Below, piece by piece: positions 12,530-23,900 of a stretch of DNA of 64,000 nt. This DNA comes from Callorhinchus milii (lineage: Eukaryota), in the NCBI RefSeq assembly GCF_018977255.1, contig NW_024704742.1, positions 92,010,001 through 92,074,000 of the forward strand. Direction: 5' to 3'. The translations under genes and the position numbers were made by a program. The stretch's first letter is position 1; every line of letters begins with the position of its first letter. The notes below the pieces were generated by a model. That model did no database searches. It was not told the DNA's origin and worked only from the letters and a program-made list of their open reading frames with translations.

Positions 12530-12780
12530 CTTGAAGGAGGGGAGACAAAGGGACTCTCGAATGGAATTCCAGTGAGTGAGGGTAAAAGGCCTGACCGCCA
12601 ATGGTGGGACAGGATGAAGGACATGAAGCAGACCAGTGCCTGCCAATGGCAGGTTGATAAGGTTTTAAATGGTAACAGAGATGGGGTGGGGTAAGACCAC
12701 AGAGAGCTTTAAAAGTGAGGATAAGGATCTTGAACTCAATTCTCTGGGGGATAGAGAGCCAGTATAGCTGGGCGAGGAAG
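12530..12780 (-). mobile_element. Old L2 ORF2 3' fragment
   Basis: Plus-strand GGACCTTGAAGGAGG...TGGAATTCCAG...AAAAGGCCTGACCGCC...TTTAAAAGTGAGGATAAGGATCTTGAA resembles the reverse complement of the L2 copies at 5750 and 33507. Confidence 0.65.
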
Positions 12781-13009
12781 GAGGTTCATTTATTTAAACT
12801 TTTTAAAAATAACTTTACAGTATATCCTGTAACGCATTTTGAGACGTCTCAATGATGTGATAAGGCATTATATCAAATGCAAGGATTATTAATATAAATT
12901 GAATTTACATAGCGCTGTTCATGTGGGATAACTTCTCAGGAGTACTTTAGGAACACAATGCAGAATAAAGAAATGCGTTGCTGTCCTTGATAAAATACAT
13001 AGCTATTCT

Positions 13010-13425
13010 GCTCGACTCAGTTGATAGATCTCTCACCTCTGGGAAAGATGACTGTGGATTCAAACACCTTGTTGGGACTTGAGCTCATAGTATAACCTGA
13101 CACTTTGCTGTAGTATTGGGTGAGTACTGCATTATCAGAGGTGCTGTCCTTTGCATGAAATGTTAAACCAATGTCCTGTCTGCCTGCCTGTTATTCAGGT
13201 GGACATTAAGGATCCCATACAAGATTGAAAAAAGAAAAGGGAGTTTCACCTTCACATCCGAGCCAGCAATCTTTAAGATAAAATCGGTCATTTATCTTCA
13301 TGGCTGCTTGTAGGACATTAATGTCTGCAAACAGCTGCTGGATGGGTCTACAAAAACTGTCCATACATTTGACAATAATTACTGGTAAACAATGTGCTTT
13401 TGACATAAGATGCTGTAGAAATGCT
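13010..13425 (+). mobile_element. Old SacSINE1-like Deu-SINE
   Basis: CTCAGTTGATAGATCTCTCACCTCTG...GAGGTGCTGTCCTTTGCATGAAATGTTAAACC...AAAAGGGAGTTTC; similar to 17095-17490. Confidence 0.65.
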
Positions 13426-14685
13426 TTTTTTTTCTTTCTGATTACAATTGATACATTTCAACATTTCCATTGGATAATTTACATTACATTCATTCTATAA
13501 AAAAGTGGATTCACAATATTGAGATGACAAGACAAAGCAACACGCAAGTGCAAGGATGACCAGTTATAATAAGAATGCTTGCATTTGATGTAGCACCTAA
13601 AACATTGAAAAGTTTTGAAGCTCTTTAGAGGGAATTTTTTTCAAGGTGGTAATTTTATATTTGCAGATGGTTAATAGGAAATCCTGGATTTTCAGAGCTT
13701 TTATTAATAAAAAAATGGAATTGTGATTAAGGAGGTTTCAGCCATCTGAGACTATCATGCATGAAGGTGTTGGACAAATACAAGTTGTTGGTGGTGAAGG
13801 TGGTAAATAGAAAAGGAACATTTTCCCCATTTCAGGAACCTAATGGAAACAACAAGCATTCCTAGGTCAGGTACATCAAGCCCATTTCTCATTTGTTCCT
13901 TGCAACCGGGACAGGGACCACTATCAAGCATCAGAAAATCCCAGATTCAAAGAAAGGTCAGATGTGAGTAGCTCAACTCCAAGCTCTGTGCCATTCAGTG
14001 TAAGCGTAGCTATCCACAATCTATCGGAAGGTTAATCAATAAATAAGGACTGTGAGTACCTACTCTGAAATAAAGAATGTAATGTCCATCATAGAATAGT
14101 TTGAAGTTGTAACAAGGTTTTCATACACACACATATTAAAGTCAATCTAGTGCTGTAGTGTGGGACTGCCAACAAGGTGTTCAGAAGTTCAATTCCCACA
14201 GCTGTCACTCAAACTCACTGCTTATGCCACTGGAGGAAGTTTCAGCAGTTCACAGCTGGGAGCAAGATGAAGTACCACCAAACGCAAGTCAGTTAGTCGT
14301 GCAATAGGAACACTCATAGCAGAGCTAAACCAACAGCTGTCCAAGCATACTTTATGACCTATCTCACACACACACACACACCACACACACAGGAAAAACT
14401 ACTTTAAGAAAAGGAGATTAACTAATTGGGAGACTAAATTTCTAAATCATATTCTACAATACACTCCCATATACAGGGCCAACCTGTTAGAACAGGCCTG
14501 GATGACACAGAAATCAGCTATTTGTGTTTCAATATAATATAGTATTTGAGATGTGTTGTCAGAGAGTTGGCCACTATGTTCAACTGTAGCAATACGAATG
14601 TCAGGCAACATTGAATTTTGGGAGTTTCTAAAAAGATGCATGAAGACACATTTGAAATTCTGGCAACAAGCTGTGCAGTACTCAC

Positions 14686-14862
14686 CTCCTCGGCAGTGCG
14701 AGACGAATCCATCGACTCTCCAAATGCAACATGCTTCCGAAGATGATTTGATATGGCTCGCGGTGTTGGATGGACCTCAGAACAGAAGCTGCACTTGTAT
14801 CCCACTACACGTCTATCCTTGGGCAAAGGAAGGGGTTGTGTTGGCTGAATATCAATCGGTTT
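14686..14862 (-). CDS. ZNF462: ZNF462 exon 4 (177 nt): KPIDIQPTQPLPLPKDRRVVGYKCSFCSEVHPTPRAISNHLRKHVAFGESMDSSRTAEE
   Basis: Acceptor tttacttttag|AAA, donor GAG|gtgagt, phase 0/0; contains a C2H2 finger resembling ZNF462 GFKCNFCVEVHPTLRAICNHLRKH. Confidence 0.92.
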
Positions 14863-15449
14863 CTAAAAGTAAATGAATATTCAATAAATCATTTAAACTT
14901 GCAAAAGCATCAAACCTTTTTTTTAATAATTTAAAAAGAGGCTGCATTGGACGACTATTATTCTGAGGAATATAGGCACAGGAGGAAGTCATTCATCTGC
15001 CAAGCCTGTTCCACTATTTCAATGGGTCACAGCATTTTCTTAATCTAATTTTCCTGCTAATCTCCTTACTTCCCAGGTTTCTATTAATTTCTCTTTCAAA
15101 CATAAGACACTTTCATCACAGAAGTAGACGTCTTTTCCCCATCCCAATTGATTGTGCTTCTATCAATACATGGGAATTGATATGTGTAGGTGGGATGCAT
15201 GGAATCATCAGTTTAGATACTCTTAAACACAGTGATGGTTTTCCACATGCATAAGCCATCCCACTGATCCCAAAAAATGGCATTCAAGGGCAATGCATTA
15301 ACATTCATGAAACTACTTTTGTTTTGGTTACTTGTATACAATTCATATATGCTCACAAAAAAATTTAAGCTTGTGCATCAATGTGCATCAAATACATTTA
15401 ACTGAGGAAATCTTGATCAATGTAACAATATTTAATAAAATGTTTTAGT

Positions 15450-16170
15450 AAGAATCCTTACATTGGCATAGCACCTTAACAAATCATTAAAACGCCCAAA
15501 CCTTTTTACGGGATTTTACTGCAACGTGTAGTTAGTCACTAAATTTGCAAGCAAATTTGCATCCAGTATTTTCCCACAAGCAGCTCTGAAATGAATGATT
15601 TGTTTTATCCGGGGGGACTGATGACCAGGACAGAAAGAAACACCCTACTTTTTTTAACCTGAATAGTATCATGGGGTCTTTAATGTCCATCAAATAAACA
15701 GACCTTGGTTCAACATCTTATCTGAAGGACAGCATCTCTGCAATATAATAATAATAATATTTGCATTTGATATAGCGCTTTTCACGTCGGGAGGACGTCT
15801 CAAAGCGCTTCACAGAACACACTGTCAAGTGAATTGACTGTATATTTGTGGGCGAACGCGGCAGCCAATTGCGCACAGCAATGTCCCACAAACAGTCGTA
15901 GATTGAAAATGACCAATTTATTATTGTTTTTGGTTTTTGGAGGGATTATTATTAGGCTCTGTGTGGAGTAAGGAAACTTGCCCAAGATTTCGCCCCCTGC
16001 ATGGAATTGAACTCAGGTCTCTCGCTTGCAAAGCGAGTGCTCTAACCACTGAGCTAAAGGACTCCAATGCTCCCTCAGTACTGCAATGAGCACCAGCTAG
16101 ATTACAAGCACAAAGCCCTGACATGGGGTTTGAACTCTTATCCTTCCAACTCATGGGCGATAGTCCTACC
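15450..16170 (-). mobile_element. Older SacSINE1-like Deu-SINE split by the 15742-16066 insertion
   Basis: Left flank TTCAACATCTTATCTGAAGGACAGCATCTCTG continues in right flank TGCTCCCTCAGTACTGCA...GGGGTTTGAACTC, matching the reverse complement of the copies at 13010 and 17095. Confidence 0.7.
15742..16066 (-). mobile_element. Full-length SINE subfamily A nested in an older SINE
   Basis: Reverse complement of the 54118 element; flanks are two halves of an older SINE. Confidence 0.92.
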
Positions 16171-17094
16171 TACAGGTTGACAACTTTCCACGTATTCATG
16201 TTGCACATAAACCCATTTAATACCAATGCACATAACTGCTCTTGTACAACAACTTATCTCCAACAAAAAACGCTAAATATTGAATTTTCATCTCAATGTC
16301 AATTCTATTCACGGTCTACAAAATGAGCATCAGGGTGATTAAAAACATTATTCCATCTGATTCTATTTCTCTCACAAACTGAATGAATTACATTTTAATT
16401 TTAGAAGAATTTTTTGGTCAGCCGGGTGTCTGGCACCTGTGGAAACCCATCACCATGCTAAATAGTATCCAAACCAGTCAAGAGTTTCACATATGTATAT
16501 CTACAAACAGAAATTCCCAAATGGAAAGCAACATGCATTCTCTCCCTGGAGGGACGCACACTGCTTATCAAATTCCAGAGTATTAGGAGCAAGTTGGCAA
16601 CAGCCAAAACTTGGGGACCCCAGAATGAGAAACATTTACGTCATAGGGACATAAATAGTTCAAGTTCGAGGAAAGCCCATTTCATTCATCCAGCTTGTTC
16701 CTTTGGGATCGAGTTTTCCCAAGTTTCCTATTGCCCTAGGCAGATCTCGGATTTAACTCTGCAAATGTCACGCCTGGTTGCCAGCTCTGTTATTCTGGCA
16801 GAGCTTTTATTTATGTTTTGTAGACCGCAAGCCTGTTCACAATGAGTAACAGGTGCAGAATTAAAAAATGGAGAAGTAAGAAATTACCGGTAGCATCAAT
16901 GAATCTGAGACCCGAAAGCAAAAATCCCTCTTTATTTTAACTGAATGACCATCGTCTTAAAATTCTGAAATTCAGCCTCAACTTGAAAGCTGGTTCTTTT
17001 CAAGAACATTCAATGGGATATCAAAAAATTACAAAATTGTAATATATAATAATTTTTGCATTTGATAGAGCCTTAATTTGTCAAAACATGCAAG

Positions 17095-17490
17095 ATGTCA
17101 GCCTGGCTCAGTTGATAGCACTCTCACCTCTCAGTAAGAAGGTTGTGCCAGCACATGAACTCAAACGCTGGCACTCCAATGCAGTGTTGGGGGTGCGTTG
17201 CATTGTTGGAGGTGCTGTCTTTCAGGTCCCGTCTGCCTGTTCGGGTGGAATTTCAAGATCTCATGACAATACTTCAAAAGGGAGTTTCTCCCAGTGTCCT
17301 GGTCAACAATCCTCTAAATAAGATTGGTGAATCATTTCATGGCTGTTTGTGGGACATATATGTGCGTAATTGGACTGCCATTGTCATCTACAAATACAGT
17401 TACTTCACTTCACAGTAAATCCTGTGACACTCTTTAAAACACCCTGCTGAATTGAAAGGCACTATATCAAATGCAAGGGTTATTATTACA
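17095..17490 (+). mobile_element. Old SacSINE1-like Deu-SINE; a further minus-strand fragment follows at ~17495-17730
   Basis: TGGCTCAGTTGATAGCACTCTCACCTCTCAGTAAGAAGGTTGTG head, GGCTGTTTGTGGGAC core, CTATATCAAATGCAAGG.TTATT tail. Confidence 0.7.
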
Positions 17491-18232
17491 ATAAAACACC
17501 CCAAAGCACTTAACAGTAATCACTATTAAGTCTAGCAAAAGTGTATTTGTAGGTGAACACTGAAGCCAATTTGCAAGGAGGACCCATACCTAGGAAGTGT
17601 ATGACCAATTTATCTGGATCTGGAGGATTTGTTGGCCAGGAAACTGGGAGTAATTTCCCTCAGATTTTAGTCATAAGATCTTTGCCCTCTACTTGAACAT
17701 GCAGATGGGGCCTTAGTTTAACATCCTCACCACATTAAGGAATAAAATTATTTTGAATACTTGGCTGTGGACTCCCATCAATATATTTCTCTTTAAGAAT
17801 AAAGCAGATTTCCCCCAGCCTGTTCCCATGAGGATCTATATAGAAATCACCCCGACCAACACTTCTCCCTTACAAATGAATTTGATGCCCTTTGCTGAGG
17901 TTCCACAAACAAAACGTGATGACATACATGTGGTTTCTGTGCATCTAACTATTTTTTACTTAACTAACTTGTCATTAGCGAGAAGACAGACACATTGCTT
18001 AAAATGCTTTAACTGTATTAACTCCTTTTAGGTTTACACCTCTCGTTACAGTTATACGTCTCTGGCATGTAATATACATTACTGCAAACTTATTTTATCT
18101 GCTCAAGTGCCAAGCTTCTCTAAATGCTTTTGGAGAAAATCTGCCCCACATATTGCTGTATTATTAGTGAATTTATCCTTTCATCCTAGTCACTTGAAGA
18201 TCCTGTTCAATGGAAGTACACAGCTAAATTGT

Positions 18233-18490
18233 GATAATCCTTGCATTTGATAATAGTGCCTTATCACGTCGTTGAGACGTCTCAAAGCACTTCACAGACT
18301 ATACTGTAAAGTAGACTGACTGTGGATTTTGTGGGCAAAATGCTGCAGCCAACTGTGCCCAGCATTGTCACACAAACAGTTGTGGATTGAGCGACCAATT
18401 TTTTTTGGGGGGTTGGGGTTGAATTATTACCCCTGGAATGCAATCCAACAATGTACTAACAACTGGGTTCCTACTTACCTCTAGGTAAAC
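18233..18490 (-). mobile_element. 5'-truncated SINE subfamily B, followed by an older opposite-strand SINE fragment at ~18520-18715
   Basis: Tail, core and part of the B-specific middle present; head absent. Confidence 0.8.
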
Positions 18491-20384
18491 ATGACATTGT
18501 CACTATTTGAAAATAGAAGGGAATTTCTTCCAATGCCCTGATCATCAATCCCCCAAATATGGTCATTCAATTCACTTCATAGCTGTTTATGGGACATTGC
18601 AGTGCGCAAATTGGCTGCAGAAATAAAGTCACTACGCTTTACAGTATCTGCTGTGACGTGTTTGAGACGTTCTCCAGATGTGAAAGTGCTACATCAAATA
18701 CAAGGATTATTATTCACATTCCATCTTCCTAAAGCAAGGGGGTGCATTCAGTGATTGTAGGAATTCAGCCACCATCCTATGGCTGTCATGAGAAATGTGT
18801 GGAGGAGCCACTACGTAAACTGTTTAACTGATTCTTCCAGAAAGCATTCATGTTAGATCTCAGTCCTTTGAAAGCCCAAATATTGTCCTCTGAATTGCTG
18901 AGATAACAAGTAAAAAGTTGGTAAAGAGCTCCTTTTCCCACATCTAGATGCTCCTGCAATCCAAGTCTCTTTCAAATTTCAAAGTTGCTCTTTGGCAGTT
19001 TCCTGGATTATTTCCCAGTCAATTTCCCACTCCTCTGAAATATTTTCCGCTCCCTCTCTTCCCTTTCCCCTTCCATTGATAATGAAATCTGAAATTTCTG
19101 GTGTTGCTCTCATTTCTCTTTGTACATCCTTTACAATCTATCAGAAACCACAGTTGATCCATTTTACAAAGCTTCCAATCTCCAAGTTGCCTATTTTCTT
19201 AATTTTCATTAAGATAAGCACTGTGTATTAGTCTCTTTGAGAATTTGGTTTCAGGCTTTGGCACAGTGCCGTGGGCTTTCTCTCGATTTAAAAGTTGCAC
19301 AGCTCCACTACTCATTGAACTGCTACCAAAGAGCTGTACTTTGTGCTCTCACCTGCACTTTTATGGTTCTGCCGACTGTGAAGACGACCAAGTAATTTGT
19401 TTATGTTTACCGTGCACTGTGTGACGAATGGTTTTTCATTTTTCCTGCCCACATTCTTGCGTTTACCCACAAGCTTTCTTTTGTAGTGAAGCCAAATTCC
19501 CACGCTGATGCCTTAGATTGCTTAGCCATTCAACCAGACAAATTCGAGCTTACATCATGCGATTAGAGTTTATTAGCAATAAACCCCAAAAAAGGGAGGC
19601 AGTGATAAAATGCAGGCTGCAATTTAAAACAAAAGGAAGAGAATCGGGAGTAAAGGATCAGATATATTATGGGGTAAGAAAGGAAAAAAGAACAAGGAAT
19701 GTAAGCAGTTCTATAACACAGGTGTTTAGGATTAGCTCGAGAATCAGGGTAATCCACTGAACCTTACTTTATGCATCATAAATCATCTCATTCCTGAGGC
19801 TAGGTGTAAAAAAAAAGCAAGTGCTTCAAAGTTCAAGAGTTTAACTGAAAACTTACAACAATAAAGTGGTAATTTAATAAAGGGACGCCAATTGCAGAGC
19901 CAAGAGATCAAAACGTCACCCAAACAAGCCATGAAATCACACCGGTTTGTAGCGTTAAATATGTGTGCACACAGCTTGTGATGCACGAGGCAAAATAAAG
20001 GGTCTGAACTGTACCTACCCCTACTCCAGGCTGAATACAGAGACTAGTCTGAGGTCGATTACCAGGAAATGCTGGAGCAATTATACATTGAATCCAGGCC
20101 AATGCGTTTCTTGCTTCAGATAAACTGCCAAAGCTCAATTTATAAACACAGTCTTTATAACATGACCCTAACTCCAGAGATCTTGCAACATTCAAACCCC
20201 AGAGTCTTCTGCTGCAAATCTATATATTCAAAGCAATCTCAAACTCCTGAAATTTTTAGCTATATTTCTCTCTCAAATGTTGACTGACCTACTGTGCATT
20301 TCCAGTAATTTCTGCTTTATTTCGAGCTGGTGTTTCTTTATTTGTACCTTAGTCTTCAATTATCTTTCAAAACCAATCATGCGA

Positions 20385-20800
20385 GAGGCTTGTTTAATTG
20401 GGGGCTTTTTCCACAAAAGCAGAGGAGATTGAAAGGGAATCTAATAGAGCTCTTTAAGATGCTGAAGAGGTGCCATGTAAGTAGGGGAAAACATATTTCC
20501 TGTAGATGAGAAATAGGTGACAAGGGGTTTAGTCCCAGGACTGTTAGCAGAATTATCAAGAGAGGTCAGAAGGAATTTCTTCACTCAGAGGGTTTGTTAT
20601 GTTGTGAAATTCATTACCACAAATAACTGTCCAAGCTGGATCAATAGAATAATTCAAAAGTTAACTCAATAAGCAGCTGATCAGTAAAAACATTCTAAAG
20701 GATATGTACTGGAAAGTGGGATTAATAGCAAAGTGTACCAATACAGACAGAAATGGTATAGACACAATGGACCAAAAGGTCTCCTGTGATGCTGTAAATG
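20385..20800 (+). mobile_element. Old CR1 3' fragment
   Basis: GGAGATTGAAAGGGAATCTAATAGAGCTCTTTAAGAT...GGAATTTCTTCACTCAGAGGG. Confidence 0.7.
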
Positions 20801-20908
20801 ATTTAAGTTTCTAATGAAGAGAGAGTACATTACCAGCAATTGATAAGTGTGCTATTATACAATTATCTTCTGAAGTTTGGCACGCAACACTTCTTGTGCC
20901 TAACATAC

Positions 20909-23900
20909 CTGTTCTTTCAGTTGCTGTTCTGAATCAACTTTTATTTCCGGAGGCTTCTCCTCATCCTCTTTCCGTTCCTCATCCTCTTTCCGTTCCTCAT
21001 CCTCTTTCCGTTCCTCATCCTCTTTCCGTTCCTCATCCTCTTTCCGTTCCTCATCCTCTTTCCGTTCGCCTTCTTCGACCACCCTTTTCTCTTGCTGCAG
21101 TTTTGCCCATCTGCTAAAGTCCTCATTGTGCTGGTTTAGATGCTCACTCAGTTCCAACGTGCTCAGGAGTTTGCTGCTACAGTGCTTGCACTCGTAGGTT
21201 GGGCTGTGTGAACGGGTGCTGCCAGGGAGCAACTTGAAGTCCAGTTTCAGATCCCGACTGTGATAGTCTGTGTAATGCATGCAGAGCAGCTGTGCTGTAC
21301 TGAAAGATAGCTTGAAGCACTTCACGCATTTGAAGGGTAGCCACCCACAGTCTTTGTTCTCAACCACTGGGGGGGCTTCTATAACAGTCGCCGCGGGCAT
21401 CTCATTCTCCGCCTGCGGCTCTTCCTCCTCGTCATCAGCATACACAACCGTAAAGTACCCGTTATACTTGCTGACGTACTGTTTTCTGGGGTAGACGCCA
21501 GGATGGCGCTTCATGTAGTGAGAGACCAGGCCTTTCTTTGTATACGTTTGGAATGAGCACAAGGAACATTTTTTCTTCTCCACTGCTCTCCTGAGCTCTT
21601 CGGTCAGAGGGGGAGACTCTGGTTTTGGTTCAATAGGAAGGATAAGTTTCTCAGGTTTTTTACTAACCATTGTTTTGGAGGCCGCCAGGCAATGAGTATA
21701 GTAAGAATCAATATCGTGGCGTTTTTGGTAATGAGCAGCAAGCCCTTTGCGAAGTTGGTGAGTGTATGAACACAAGGCACATTTAAAAATATTGTTCTTC
21801 CCCTCTGGTTGGGCCCGGACGTTGTTATGTTTATTACGGTAATGTCTCGCTATGCCCTTTCTGGAAGAGCAGAAGTACTTGCATAGCTGACATTTGAATA
21901 AGGCATTGAGCCCTGAACAACCACTTAAAAAGGGAACAACTGTTGGAGGAAAATCTTTTTCGTCGCTTGGCTTCACATCGTCCTTCTCCTCTTCCACAGG
22001 GGTCTTTGGTACCTCAGGTACAACAGTCTGAGCTGCCGATTCAGTGAACATATCAATTGCTGGCTGTCGGTGGTATTTTTCATAGTGGACCTTTAACTTG
22101 TCAAGAGAGCCATGTGCATATGAACACAATTTGCACCTGTAAGCTCCAAACCCTTGCTTTGGGATCTTATTAATGTCTTCTATATCATTCTGTTGACCTT
22201 CTGGAAGCTTCTCAGCCTCATTCATGAAGTCATCCGCTGTGACTTTCACCAAAGGGTGCCGTTTCTGGTAGTGCGTTAGAACACCATGGATGCGAGTGTT
22301 AACATATGGGCAGTGTCTACATTTGTACAGAGTACTAGGCTTTTCATCTTTATCCAGGGCAAACTCAGCAGCTTTTACTTTTACACCCGGATGCTTTTTG
22401 CCGTAGTGTGTTAAAAGACCGTGCAGGTTATTGTATTCCGACTTACAAATTTTACATTGGTACTGCGATCCGGGAGGTGTGGAATTGCTGGCGGCAGGTG
22501 GCGATTCTTTGACTGAAGAAAGACTGGAGACTTCCAGAGGCGATTCATGCTCCAGCTGAGTGCACATTAGAATGCTTTTCACACTGTTTGTAAAATCCAG
22601 CGATGCGTCGTCATGAGCTGTTGGGTTGTTTTGTTCGGATGCATCCTTACCCAAGATTATATCAAGCAGTACAGACTCATCCCCACTTACCACCCATGGG
22701 TGCAAAGTCTGATAGTGGTTTGTGATGTCCCAGATTGATGCGGCTTCAAATTCGCAATCTCTGCATTTGTACTGCTTGAGGTCAATCGAGGCTATCTGCG
22801 ACGGGTCCGCCGAGGGATCAGGACCTGCCCACAGTTTGCTAGAGATGTACGTGTAGTCTACAGGATGCTCTGGATGTCTCTTTTGGTAATGGATCAACAG
22901 CCCACTAGGTTCCTGGTGCGAGTAAATGCACCATTCACAGTGATAACCAGCGCTCACCACCCCGTCCTGATATGCCCACCGCAAGATAGTCGTCACTGTA
23001 GCCTTCACACTGGGATGCTGCTTTCTAAGGTGTTTTCTGATGGCGTAGAGGTAGTGTGCTGTATAGGAGCAATGCCTGCACTTGAAGAAACGCAGCTGCT
23101 CGCCCTCGGTTTCGGGCTGGGTGTTTGGGGTTGGCGTGCTGACCACTTGGCTGTTTGTGGCTCGTTCACGCTGGCTCCTCACGGCTGCTGTGTGCTGCCG
23201 CACGAGCTCCGCGTTGGCTTTGATGTCGCGATGTTTCTTCCGATAGTGAATCACGACGCCCTTAACCGTTCGGTTCCCGTAGTTACAGTGCTGACAAAAA
23301 AACATCATTTCTCCCTCGCCCTTCTCAGTCGCCCTCTGCTGAGCAGTCAACTCTCTGACGTCAAAAGTGTTCTTGTTCATTTGAGATAGCTGCGATACGT
23401 GGGGTCTCGCTGGCATGATCTGCAGTTCCTCCATGGTCTTTTTCAGAGCTGGAGTGGGAGGCGCCTGTTTGATGTATTTTGCTGTCACCTTTACCTCGGG
23501 ATGTCTTTTTTGATAGTGAACGAGCACGCCAACGACTGACCGGTTGCTGTAAACACAGTGCTTGCAGTAATACAACTGTTCAAATTCAACTGGCTGAGGG
23601 GTTACTGGAGGCTCCTCAGGTGACATTATTGGACTCATCTCACCAGAATTATGAGCATTAATCCCAGGATTCTGGATGGAGACCACTCGCATGGTCTTTT
23701 GAATTCTAAAATAGGAAGCCTTCTCATCCGGGTGTTTTCTTTGATAATGTACCAGTACCGAATGCATGTTTGGACTCGAGAATGAACAGACATCACAACT
23801 GTACACCACAGCGCTAATCATTTCGCCTTTCTTTCCACCTGGTGGAGGGCTCACACTCTTTAAAAAATTGGCACTTGAAGGGCTGTGCGGTCCACCTTGC

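Noticed and set aside
20958..21067. Regular repeat considered as CRISPR-like array
   Set aside because: No spacers; head-to-tail tandem repeat inside a eukaryotic exon.
22865..23389. 174-aa plus-strand ORF (also 24464..24994, 24128..24457 and other ORFs overlapping exon 3)
   Set aside because: Antisense or alternate-frame shadows of the ZNF462 coding exon; no recognisable motifs.
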